Assembly (NCBI GenBank): GCA_039096225.1
Contig: JBBPEB010000004.1
Span: forward strand, 434,001-498,000
Length of the DNA: 64,000 nt
Direction of reading: 5' to 3'
Source of the DNA: Blastocystis sp. Blastoise
Lineage: Eukaryota > Protista > Bigyra: Opalinata
Shown: in pieces, positions 1 to 33,101 of the stretch
Layout: every line of letters starts with the position of its first letter
How positions within the stretch are numbered: the first letter of the stretch is position 1
Program-made: the position numbers and the translations under genes
The notes under the pieces: generated by a model
Databases searched by the model: none
What the model saw: the letters and a program-made list of their open reading frames with translations, nothing else
What the model was told of the DNA's origin: nothing

Positions 1-322
1 TTAACATCAACAATTGTTCCTTCTTTGACTTTAATCTATATTGAATAAAAACACATTAGTGAATCAAGATACTAAAATATTGATTTAAAAACTGAATAAC
101 GAATGTACAATATCATACTTGTAATTTCATGACATCACCACAAGCAGGAGCACCTGCAATACCAGTACCAACATCCACATCATCTTTATTCATACTACCG
201 ACATTTCTTGGATGTTCATAGTGATCAATGACAATATCATGATATAAACGAGTGAGTGGAGTAGCTCGTACAATACTTACTGTACGTAAAGCATTAGAAC
301 TTAATAAACGTAAACTATTCAT
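1..322 (-). CDS. ISCU: Fe-S cluster scaffold ISCU/Isu1 with mitochondrial/MRO presequence (3' end runs off the window)
   Basis: YHDIVIDHYEHPRNVGSM...GAPACGDVMKLQ|IKVKEGTIVDV. Exon 1 is 322-119, a GT-AG intron spans 118-36, exon 2 is 35-1. The N-terminus is R/S/L-rich. Confidence 0.95.
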
Positions 323-744
323 AATCGATTGTAAAAATAATTTCTAATAATTTATAGAATAAGAAGACTGTTGAAAAGAATCGAAAAAATTCCCAAAGCA
401 AATTTGCTGTCAAGAGTGTGGAAGGAACGTATTCTCTTTTAAAAGTTTCTCTTATTTTTAGAAAATAAAATTCTTTTTTACAAGTTGCCCTTTGGATTCG
501 ATATTCTTGGGAATTTTACTCATTCTAGATGGAAAGTGACATGTTTTCATGAATTTCTTTAAAAGCACATATTAAGATGACAGTATGTGTATTGATTGGT
601 TAGATGATCTCATGATTAATTTCTATTGGACAATAGAAATGACGAATGATTGACAGAACAAGGTGTTTATTCAAGGGAATAATGGGTTTTTTTAGCATTT
701 TATGTGTGGATAATTTTTGTAAAATTTTTCAATTACTGTGCATC

Positions 745-3482
<2,738 letters not shown>

Positions 3483-3672
3483 ATGTAAATTATTGATCAT
3501 AAAGTATTATTCTTGTTTTCCTAGCTAATATATATATATATTAATGTATTCTTTTCTTGGTACGAGAATATCATTTGTTTTGTATACATATATTTTTTAA
3601 ATACATACTCAATTTTGTTTATTATTATAACAACCAATTAAAAAATGCTGATATTATAAAAAAAATAATAAC

Positions 3673-3680
3673 AACAAACA
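3673..3680 (-). terminator. TGTTTGTT downstream polyadenylation element (Blastocystis-type) after BUD20
   Basis: aacaaaca on + strand, about 55 nt past the BUD20 stop. Function is inferred from the known Blastocystis motif. Confidence 0.45.
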
Positions 3681-3732
3681 AATATATATAAAACAGTATT
3701 ATACGAAACACATAAAGACACACAATATTTCA

Positions 3733-4229
3733 CTAGTTTCTAACAATTTTTTCATATACTTCTTTACTCTTTCCAGCAGCTAGTTCAGCTTCTTCTTGAG
3801 TATATTGCTCTTGATTTGCTTTTTTAACACTATAAAATATCAAAAAATAAAGCTTAATTATTATTAAAAAAAACTTAATTATTTAAAAAAAATATCGAAT
3901 ATATATAGTTATAATAATAATAATAATTATTATTAATAGAAAATAAATATAATAATAATAAATGCTTACTTCTTTTGATGAATTTTACACTTTTGATGTT
4001 CATCAAGTGTCTTTTGGTCAGGCATATGTCTGTCACAATAGAGGCAATAAAATAAACCACCACCAGGTAATTCTTCATTATATGTAGTTTGAGCTTTCTT
4101 AGGATTTTTCAATTCATCTTGAATCTGATCTAAATCCTTAAAACGATTACTAACGGCACGAAGTCTTTTATAATAACGTTTCTTAGCATGAGCCTGATGT
4201 TTTCCTGTAGTTTTAGCACCTCCACCCAT
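3733..4229 (-). CDS. BUD20: BUD20/ZNF593 C2H2 zinc-finger 60S biogenesis factor
   Basis: KDLDQIQDEL...ELPGGGLFYCLYCDRH...HQKCKIHQK, then after one intron NVKKANQEQYTQEEAELAAG; TAG at 3733-3735. Confidence 0.92.
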
Positions 4230-4300
4230 TGTATCAATTGAATAATAGCAATGAAAAGTATTTAATAGAAAAAACCAGCAATTTTTCGTTTTCTCAAAAA

Positions 4301-4316
4301 AATCGAAATTCCCACG
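4301..4316. promoter_or_regulatory. AATCGAA(A)TTCCCACG element in the BUD20/ArfGAP divergent promoter
   Basis: Near-identical copy at 45002-45016, inverted core at 19287-19296, weaker copy at 379-396. Confidence 0.55.
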
Positions 4317-4458
4317 ATTTCATCATTATCTTATTCTGTATTATTTTCTCTTACATCATTTCTTGAACTTCATTTTCGGAAATTTGACTTTTAATCTTTT
4401 CATCTTTTTCTAGTCACTTTTATTATCTTCACATCATTTAATAAGAGAATCTGCAAAA

Positions 4459-5245
4459 ATGAGTCATATGCCTCCTTTAGTATTAAAAAAACTACGAGAT
4501 ATTCCTGGCAATATCGTATGTCTGTTTTTTTCAGTTTTTCATTTAAGAATTTTTATTGATTAAAATATAGCGATGTGCAGATTGCCATGCTGCAAGACCT
4601 CAATGGGCTTCTGTATCTTATGGAATCTTCATTTGTTTGGATTGTTCTGGTGTTCATCGTTCTCTTGGAGTATATATAAATGTTTTTTATTATCAACTGT
4701 AGTTTTTATTACTATTCATTTGCTTTTGATAATATTTTTATTGCTTATTTTTTTTTTTGTAACAACTTTTTTATTATAATTGAATTATTTAGGTTCATGT
4801 TAGCTTTGTGAGATCCATTCAAATGGATTCTTGGGATGAAAGAGAAATAAAAGCCATGGAACTTGGTGGTAATGATAAAATGAATGAATTTTTTGAAGCT
4901 CATGGTATCAAAGCAGATACACCTATTAATGAAAAATATAATTCTGATGTTGCTGAATTATATCGTTTAAGATTAACTGCCCTTATAGAAGGTCGTGAAC
5001 CACCAGAAGAAATTCCTCATCGTTCAACAAGTGCCACGCCTCGGTATATATATAGTTTTATATAATTTTTTATATATAGTTTTTTTATTATTCTACATTG
5101 TTATATATAATCCTATATGATTCTATATATATATAGAGGTAAGACTACTGAAGAGACTCCTTATGAGAGAGAAGTAAGATTAAGAGCTGAAGCCGCTGAA
5201 CGAATGAAGGCCAAATTTGGTAGTAGAGACATGAGAAATCAAGTA

Positions 5246-5338
<93 letters not shown>

Positions 5339-5440
5339 ATAGGCCGTCGGATCTTCTCCTTATACTCCTTCAACTCCTGGTCAAGATAATAATAATGGAC
5401 TTGAAACTGTAGAGAAATATATGCAAGAGTATGTATATAT

Positions 5441-5472
<32 letters not shown>

Positions 5473-5774
5473 TATAGAATTGCTAGTACTGCAAGTACTT
5501 ATGGAAAACAAATTTATTCAAAAATACAAGTATATAATAATATAGATAATATTATGTTATGTTATATATTCTATATTCTATATCTATTCCTTATCCTCCC
5601 TAGGAAAGTCATATCCAAGATACCCTTACTGAGAAAGCCACAGCACTTCGAGATTCACTCAATGATCCTAATTTGAAGGAAAATGTTAAAGTAAAAACAC
5701 AACAAAGTATGTAATATTATTAGTATTATTATTAGTATTATTATTAGTATTTTTTTGATTTATTTCATATTCTT

Positions 5775-5816
<42 letters not shown>

Positions 5817-6546
5817 TTGGTCCTGGATATCTTCAACTGCTTCTTCCTTATGGTCTACAGCCAGTACTGTTGTTGGGGATACTATAAAGACTATACAAAC
5901 AACTGATTTTATGAAGACATTTGAAGAACCCATGGGCTCGGATGCTATTACTGGAGCAGATAAGGGTATTTCCCGCGGGAGTGCTAGTAATTTACGTGTT
6001 AGTTCTAGTAGTCGTATCGCTGATTCTTCAGAAATAATTGATGAAGACCAATGGATGAAGAGTCAATTAGAAAATGTGAAGTATATTATTAGGATACTTA
6101 TTATTATTATATTTATTATTATTATATTTATTATTATTATATTTATTATTATTATATTTATTATTATTATATTTATTATTATTATATTTATTATTATTAT
6201 TATTATGAATCTATTATATGTATAGAAAGAATATTCCATCTCTTGTTGACAATAAAAAAGCTGTTTCTCCTACATCTACTGATAGTATATATATATATAT
6301 ATATATATATCCTCTATTATATATATATCCACTCTATTATATATATCCACTCTATTATATATATATATATCCACTCTATTATATATATATCCACTCTATT
6401 ATATATATATCCACTCTATTATAGATCTTCGATCATCTTCTTCAGCTTGGAGTGATGATACTGCTATTCATATCAAACCAACGACTGCTAAACAAGCTAT
6501 TAAACCTAAAAATGATGGTGATTTTTTTAGTGAATTTGGTTTATAA
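4459..6546 (+). CDS. ARFGAP1: ADP-ribosylation factor GTPase-activating protein 1-like
   Basis: GNI|[33 protein letters not shown]|[18 protein letters not shown]-like [13 protein letters not shown], ends [10 protein letters not shown]. Confidence 0.93.
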
Positions 6547-7208
6547 GAATTATGTATATTCATTTTTTATATTCAAATTAAATAGTCACTCGTTTGTATT
6601 TTTTATATACATTTTTATTATCTTTTATTTATATAAATATTTTAACTATATTCATTATTTAATTTTCTTATAATTTGTACATTATAAGAGAATATATATA
6701 TATTCTTCACTTTTACTTTTTTTCTCATTCATTTATTATTTCATTTTTTCTTTTTTATTATATTTTCTTTTATTTTCATTCATTAACAACCTACCTCAAG
6801 TAGAATACTCTATAATGATCTGGTAACAACTATTTTTTTATCATTGTTATAAAGCATTTCTTGTTTTTAAATTTGTTTTATTTTTTTGTTCATATTTTTT
6901 TATGAATCAATATTCTATGAATAGAAGAATATCATAATTTGTTTAAAAACTTTTATAATCAAATAAATAATGATATAAATACAATAAGTGAAAAAAGTAT
7001 ATAAACAGAACAAAAATCACAATTATTTTTGAAAATATAAAGCATTATGTCAAATAAACACGAATAATTTCTTTAAAAATTGTCATTATTAACAAAAAAT
7101 AAAACAATTAAAGGAACTTCATTTTCTTTTATTGAATACATTTATACTTTTTGTTAGTTCTTAGTTTCTTTTGTCCATAATACTCGATATTTATAAAGCA
7201 AAAAGAAC

Positions 7209-18427
<11,219 letters not shown>

Positions 18428-19286
18428 TAATATTATATGTGTATAATTAATAGAACTACTTTATTATTATTCATAAACTTTCCTGGAAAATCACTAATTT
18501 TTGTACTATTTACTTTTTTCTCAATTTGTTATATATATATATATATCTTTTTCACTTTTTTCTTTTTGATAATTTTCATACTATTAAAATACTGTATTTC
18601 TATATATATTCATCATATTCTAGATATATGTATTTCCTTTTAGATTTTTTACTTTTTTAATTTATCAACAGCATATTGATTATATATGTATGTTCTGCAA
18701 TTGAATTACTTGTAAAAAAAAATGTTCTTCAAGTAATTCAATCTTAGTTTCAAATACATAAAGGATGAAATATTTAAATTATTATTATTATATTGTCTTT
18801 TATGTACATTGTTGGCTTTCTGTATCATTTATTGAAATCCTATTAACTTTAGATGACTCGATATACTTTGTATTCAAATAGATGTTGATTCACTCAATTA
18901 TGTTTTGTTTTTATGCTCATTCATTTCTGATATGGTTTGAAATAGCTAGCATGATCCATTAAATAGCTTTATAATTCAAAGCATTCATTTTCTAATTAAA
19001 AAAAATGAAAAAAAAAATGAAAATATCCTTAAATCAGTATTTATTACCTGTAGAAATATCTAATCTACTTATAACTATTGCCTGAAAGTTTCTCAAGCCA
19101 AAAAAAAACAATTGTGTCAAGATTAGAGGGTATCAGATAAGAAAAACAATAAAAATTCACTTTATTCAAGACATACACTGTATTCATGCTTTATAAGTCT
19201 TAATAAAGGCAAAAAATAAAGAGTATCACCTCTCATACACTCTCAAATGATTAAAAGAAAACAAATTTTTAAACACAGTAATTAAT

Positions 19287-19296
19287 CGTGGGAATT
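19287..19296 (+). promoter_or_regulatory. CGTGGGAATT element upstream of peroxiredoxin
   Basis: Reverse complement of the AATTCCCACG core at 4307-4316 and 45007-45016, about 180 nt upstream of ATG 19475. Confidence 0.45.
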
Positions 19297-19474
19297 CCAT
19301 TTTCATAATGGAGCAATTGTTTTTTTATCATATGTTTGCATTTTTTCATATGTTGTCCAAAATCTTCTTATAAATCTATGTGACTAAAATGATATTGATA
19401 TAAAACTCATAAATTATTTATTTCACAATAAAGAAATATTAAATCTATTACTTACTTATAACTTATTAAATAAA

Positions 19475-20095
19475 ATGGCTCCTACTATTCGTGCTCCTGC
19501 TCCTACCTTCACTCTTGCTGGTGCTAAACAAGGTGATATCGTTAATTCTTGGTCTCTTGAAGAACAAAAAGGATCTTGGACTTGTATTCTCTTCTATCCT
19601 ATGGATTTCACTTTTGTTTGTCCTACTGAAATTATTTCTTATTCTAAGGCTATTGATGAATTCACTGCTCTTAACTGTAATATCGTAGGTATTTCTGGTG
19701 ATTCTCCTTATGTTCATCTTACTTGGGAAATTACTCCTGCTACTCAAGGTGGTTTAGAAAATCAAGTTGTCTTCCCTCTTCTTTCTGATGTTGATCGTGA
19801 AGTTATGAAGGCTTATGGTGTTTATAATCCTGATAAATCGGGTCTTGATTATGCTCAAGCTTTCCGTGGTTTATTCTTAATTGATGATAAGGGTGTTCTT
19901 CGTCATGTATATATTAATGATAATGGTGTTGGTCGTAATGTTGATGAAACTCTTCGTGTTCTTGAAGGTCTTCAATATACTGATAAATTTGGTGAGGTTT
20001 GCCCTGCTGGATGGCATAAGGGTGATAAGGGAATGAAAGCTACTAAAGCAGGTATCTCTCAATTCCTTGTCAAGAAATTATCTGAAAAGAATTAA
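19475..20095 (+). CDS. Typical 2-Cys peroxiredoxin (AhpC/Prx1 family), intronless
   Basis: FYPMDFTFVCPTE peroxidatic motif, GRNVDETLRVL, GEVCPAGW resolving Cys. Confidence 0.97.
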   Translation: MAPTIRAPAPTFTLAGAKQGDIVNSWSLEEQKGSWTCILFYPMDFTFVCPTEIISYSKAIDEFTALNCNIVGISGDSPYVHLTWEITPATQGGLENQVVFPLLSDVDREVMKAYGVYNPDKSGLDYAQAFRGLFLIDDKGVLRHVYINDNGVGRNVDETLRVLEGLQYTDKFGEVCPAGWHKGDKGMKATKAGISQFLVKKLSEKN

Positions 20096-20392
20096 AAATA
20101 AAAAATTTTTCTTATTTTTATTATATTATTGGGGTTTGTTTATTAATTGCAGTTTCATTACATATATTTTTTGTTTTGTTTATAATGTTTTAAGCTATAT
20201 TTTTGCATCATAAAATCTATAAAAGAAATATATTAAACAAATATCTTAATCGCAACAAAAATGATAACAAATAGCACCAAGGAAATGTACTTTTAATAAA
20301 AACATAAAGAATAATATAACAACAAATAGTTTTTATATATGAAGAAAAATATTTACTCTATATATGGTTATCTAGAAATAAACTTTCATCGA

Positions 20393-20465
20393 TCCCATGT
20401 AGTCTAGCCGGTTAGGATAGCGGGTTTTCACCTCGCCGACCCGGGTTCGAGTCCCGGCATGGGAA
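20393..20465 (+). tRNA. tRNA-Glu (anticodon TTC)
   Basis: Acceptor stem TCCCATG/CATGGGA, anticodon arm GCGGG-TTTTCAC-CTCGC, T-arm CCGGG-TTCGAGT-CCCGG, followed by a T-run Pol III terminator. Confidence 0.96.
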
Positions 20466-21311
20466 TATTTTTCTTATTCCTACAAGATTACTAATAAACT
20501 TCATCATTGTTTTTATATATATATTTTTATATAGATATATATATAAATATATTAATAATTAAACAGAGTAATAAAGGTATACAATGAAATTTTTTTTATA
20601 AATATTACTTAGTTTTTAAAATGTTTTTCAACAAAATGTTGTTATTACTAAAAATCTTACCAAGAAACATGTTTTTTCTAAAAAATATATAAATTAATTA
20701 AATTATATGGATATTTCATTTTTTCACAGTTTTCTTACTATTCCTATTTTTCTAAATCGATTATTGTTAGGTTTTGGGAATTGCCCTTTTGCTGTTGTCA
20801 GACATATTTATTAGATTTTTCCACTTTTACTTGAAGAAAATCATTCATGTAGTGAAATGGAATAAGAAAAAATAAGAAAATAGTGTTTCAAATGATCACA
20901 ACTTGATGTTACGAAATGAAATAAGAAAAAGTGAAAAGAACGTTCCAAATGACAATTCTATCGTCATTGATTTCCACTTTAGCATTGGGTATACCATTTA
21001 AAAAGAGAAACTGTCATAAAAAAGTTTATGATAATTAGTTATTTTATAGTGAAAATCTGAAAATATCCGTGATTTGAAGTATTTTAAAACTCAGATACAA
21101 TTATAACGATAATGGTTGAGAGGGATAAACCCAATGAAATTTGTTATTTATAAATTGTTTTATGTAAAAAAACTTTTGTTTTCCAATACAAATCGAATTT
21201 GTATGAAAAAACCAAGAAAAACACTATTGATATATATATCTTAACCGAAGGTGAGATTTTATTTCAGTATTCTAAACATAATTCTTTTTGTTTGTTTTGT
21301 TAAAGAATTAA

Positions 21312-21913
21312 ATGAAGACTGTTTTTATTGTGTTATTGATTGCGTTAGTACTCGCTGAGAGACCTTGCGATGTTGAAGATATGAAAGATAAACCTTGGTG
21401 TGATCTTACCAAAACTTTTGAAGAACGTGCCAAGGATCTTGTTGATGCGTTAACATTTGATGAAAAAATTGTTCTTAGTGGTAACACTGCTACTGCTGTT
21501 CCTAGACTTCATATCCCTAAATATGAATGGTGGAATGAAGCTTTACATGGCGTAGCTTATTCTCCTGGTGTTCATTATGAGGGTGAAGCAAATCATGCTA
21601 CAAGTTTCCCTCAAGTGTCAACTACTGCTTGTTCTTTTAATACTACTTTATTCCATAATATTGCTGAAATTATTAGTACTGAAGCTCGTATATTTAATAA
21701 TAAAGGAAACGCAGGTTTAACTTATTGGACTCCTAATATTAATATTGTCAGAGGTATATAAATATTATTTAATTATATATATTTTATATATTTTATAATT
21801 TTATTTTATAATTTTATTTGTTATTATTATAATTGAATTTTTCTTATTTATTATTATGTATGTTTTGATACTCATATATTGTTATTAATAATTGGAAATA
21901 AATATTTTTGTTA

Positions 21914-21967
<54 letters not shown>

Positions 21968-21980
21968 ATTTTTTTTTGCA

Positions 21981-22050
<70 letters not shown>

Positions 22051-22197
22051 TCCTAGATGGGGTAGAGGCCAAGAAACATCCGGTGAAGATCCTATTCTTA
22101 CTTCTAAATATGCTGAATATTTCGTTAAAGGACTTCAAGAAGGTGAAGACTCCCGTTATATTAAAGCTAGTGCTTGCTGTAAACATTATACTGCGTA

Positions 22198-22229
<32 letters not shown>

Positions 22230-22891
22230 TAATGTTTATATTTATATATAGATATGATTTAGAAGATTGGAATGGTGTTTGGAGACATAATTTCGATGCT
22301 CAAGTTACTGAAGCTGATATGGAAGATACTTTCCAAGTACCTTTTGAATCTTGTGTTGTAAAAGCAAAAGTTACTTCTCTTATGTGTTCTTATAATCGTG
22401 TTAATGGTGTTCCATCATGTGCTAATAAAGAAATCTTAACCGAAGTCGCACGTGGTAAGTGGGGATTTGATGGCTATATTACTGGAGATTGTGGTGCTAT
22501 TGATGATATAGTTACTTATCACAAATATGCTCAATCTCAAGAACAAGCACTTAAAATGGGTATTTATTATTATAATATTTATTATTATTTTATTTATTAT
22601 TATTATATTTATTATTATTTTATTTATTATTATTATATTTATTATTATTTTATTTATTATTATTATATTTATTATTATTTTATTTATTATTATTATATTT
22701 ATTATTATTTTATTTATTATTATTATATTTATTATTATTTTATTTATTATTATTCTTTTTATTATTATTATTAATAAGTATATATATATAGGTTTAGAAG
22801 CAGGTACTGATATAGATTGTGGAGGTAATTATCAGGCACACATGGCTGATGCTGTGCATAAGGGATATGTAGATATACGTGACTTAGATAG

Positions 22892-22955
<64 letters not shown>

Positions 22956-23281
22956 ATGGTATTATATATATATATATATAGCTCTTCGTCATTTATTTAA
23001 AGTTCAGATGCGTCTTGGACTCTTTGATCCTCTTGAAAACCAAGTGTATATATATATATATATATATAATAGAAATATAATTTATATATATTCATGTTTT
23101 TCTTTATTATGTTTAGTATTATATATACGTATAATATAGATATACTAAATATGATGTTGACCAATTAGAATCTCCTGAACACGTGAAAGTTGCTGAAGAA
23201 GCATGTGAACAAGGAATAGTATTATTAAAGAATCTAAATAATGCTTTACCTTTAAAGAATGTATGTTTATATATATACATA

Positions 23282-23343
<62 letters not shown>

Positions 23344-23673
23344 TAAGTTCTATTGCCCTTATTGGACCTTCTGGTAACAATGCTAAAGATCAACTTGGTA
23401 ACTATAATGGTGGTCCTAAACATATAATTACACCCCTTGAAGCTCTTCAACAAAGAGGAACTGTCGAATATGAACAAGTATATATATATATATTTATATA
23501 TTTATATATTTATATATTTATATATATTTATATAAACTATTCTATAGGGTTGTAATGATATAAAGTGTCAGTCAATTAATAATTATGATCATGTTTTAGA
23601 AATCGCTTCTAAGTCTGATATTACTGTATTAGCCATGGGTATTAATCAAGATATTGAAGCTGAAGGAAGAGAC

Positions 23674-23713
<40 letters not shown>

Positions 23714-25069
23714 ATTATTATTATTATTGTCATGTATTGTTGAATATATTATTATAATGATATTCTTTTATTAAAAGAATTCTATTAGAATATTTCTATA
23801 TTTCTATTTATATATATATAGAGTTGAGATCACTTTACCAGGTAAACAACAAGAACTCATTGAAGCTGTTACTAAAGCTAGTAAAGGACCTGTGATTTTA
23901 GTTATTTCTTCTGGTTCTTCTGTTGATATTAACTTTGCTAAGAATAATGATAAGGTATAGAATACTATAGATAATGTAATTGTATTCATTATCATTTACA
24001 CTTTATCTATATATATATTTTTTTAGTTTTTGATAAATTATATATATATATAGATACAAGGTATATTTTGGGTTGGTTATGCTTCTGCTCAGGAAGGAGA
24101 AGCACTTGCTAAACTTATATATGGAGATGTCAATCCTAGTATATATATATATACACTTTTCTTATCTTTCAATATATTAATCTGAGATATGTATATATTT
24201 ATTTAACAAATAATATATATATATAGGTGGTCGTTTAGTATATACTATTTATCCTGGTAATTATGTCAATCAAGTTCCTTTGACTGATATGAATATGAGA
24301 CCGAATAAGGTATATATATGTGCTATTTATATTAATAATAAATATAATAACAATAATATGAATATTAATACTTATAATATTAATACTAATAATATATATA
24401 TATATAGATCACTGGTAATCCTGGTAGAACATATAAATTTTATACGGGTGAAGTTATTTATCCTTTTGGTTATGGGTTGTCGTATACTAATTATGAATAT
24501 AATATTATGAGTGAAACTAAGTCTATTGCACTTACTGAAATTACAAAACAATTACAAGAAACATCTCGATTTGAAGCTCTTCCTATTATATCTATGAAGA
24601 TATCTGTTGCTAATAAAGGAAATCGTGAAGGTAGCACCAGTATTCTTGTCTATGTTGAACCTCCTTTTGTATATATATATATATATAATTTGAGTTGTAT
24701 TTATTAAATAAATCAATATATATATATTTCAATATTTTTATTTATTAATATATATATAGGCTGGAATTGATGGTATTCCTCTTAAACAATTGGCTACTTT
24801 TACAAAAGTATTTATTCCCGCGGGAGAATCCGTAGATGTTGAACTTTCTCTTACTGCTTACGCATTATCGTATATATATATATAATAATTCTTATCTCTT
24901 TAATAATAATATATTAAAATATACATACAATAATATATAACTATCTAATATTTTATCTATTTTTTATATTAATATATATAGTATCAATACTGATGGTCAA
25001 AGACGTTCTTTTAAGGGTGACTGGATTATTCGTGTTGAAGATAAAGAATTTATCGTTGCTATTAATTAA
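21312..25069 (+). CDS. Secreted GH3 beta-xylosidase/alpha-L-arabinofuranosidase (BXL-type), 13 introns
   Basis: Signal peptide [15 protein letters not shown]; [63 protein letters not shown], nucleophile [24 protein letters not shown]; Fn3-like tail. Confidence 0.95.
22561..22770 (+). repeat. About 30-bp intronic tandem repeat (TAT-based)
   Basis: Unit tatttattattattatatttattattattt repeated about 7 times within a GH3 intron. Confidence 0.85.
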
Positions 25070-25646
25070 ACTAGTAAAACTATTACTATTTATATTATTA
25101 TATCGTTCTTTCATCTTAAGGTTGTTTCGTTTTTTTTAAACTTTATAATTCTATTCTTATATATCTCTTCAACGTTATTAAAGAAGCTAATGTATATTCG
25201 TTTATATATATGGTGATATGATCAAAAATATTAAATATTTTTTTTATGTATTATACAATAAAAATATATACTCAGTTTTTCAAAGAATATATATAGTTCT
25301 TTTTACCATTTTATAATAATATTCTTTTGGAGAATATTTAGTTAAATGAATCAAAAAATAGATATTTAACAAAGAAGAGAAACAACATATGTATTGATAA
25401 GAAATAGTTTTATATTAAAATAATCAAAAAATATCTTAAAGTAATAAAAAGATGGTTAAAGTAATAGTATATATATATGTCTTTATATTGATCTCCACTT
25501 ATTCATATATTCAAATAAACAATTTTATTATTTACATAATTAATAAATGAAAAGAAAAAGAATACACAATTAAACAAATATAAAAATAACAAAAAGAGAA
25601 TACAATGAAAAAAGTGATTAAAAAGATATATATATATGTTAATTGT

Positions 25647-32184
<6,538 letters not shown>

Positions 32185-33101
32185 CTGAATTCGTAAATCA
32201 CCAAATAAAAGACTTTATGATAATGTTTATTGATTTCAACGATTATTTTAATATTTTTAATAAAGTTTTTAAACATGGGAATTCTCATTCGTTTCTCTGA
32301 TAATTTGAAATTTTTTAAATTTATAAACATAAAAAATAGTAGATGTTTATTATATATACTAGTTCATTAAAATGAGTTTTACAATATATATAATTGATAA
32401 CCATTCTTAGAATATATAAAAAATGATCTAAATGTACCTAAAGACTAATCGAGAATGTATTTCCCTAATAGAATATTCTTTATTTCATATTCATTGAATA
32501 AAAATAGATTTAAGAGATATTGGATACACGAAATGATTACGAACATGAGCAATTAGTGGTTGAAATAAAACCTCATTTTTTTATTTTTGCCTTTAGTTAC
32601 TGTGCTTTTTACTAGCGGAATCTCTGTGATATCTTAGAAATATAATTGTCACTTCATATGAAAACTTCCATGGTTGATGTCTTGTATCTCATGTTAGTAA
32701 TGACGTTTCAAAGTATCTACTATCTAGGAAATTTGTGTAAGTCTATAAAATTGTTGAAATATAATTATTTAGTAAAACAAAAAAAAAATGTATTTTTAAG
32801 AATCTTCCACTTTTAGCTTTGAATTTCTTTTTAATCTTTAGTTTATCTTTCCGTTTCCAATATATACTTTTATATTTTTTGATTCATAGAACTATTTGAT
32901 ACAAAAACAATATTCAAAAAACAAAGAAAACTGGAAAATGTTAAAAAAAAATCAGAAAAAAGAAATCTATAAAGAAATGAAAATACAGCGAAAAATATGA
33001 GAATATTCATGGTTTTCGCAAAGAAGGGAATGAATGAAAATGACATTCTCTAGTAATGTGTTTTGTGTAGTTATTATTTTATTGGTGTTATTCAGTCATT
33101 C

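Noticed and set aside
646-744. In-frame upstream extension of LysRS as a dual-targeting presequence
   Set aside because: The 33-aa extension is Cys/Phe-rich with acidic residues and overlaps promoter-like sequence; no positive support.
22561-22770. Regular tandem repeats as a CRISPR-like array or mobile element
   Set aside because: Low-complexity intronic minisatellites with no unique spacers, terminal repeats or transposase/RT coding sequence.
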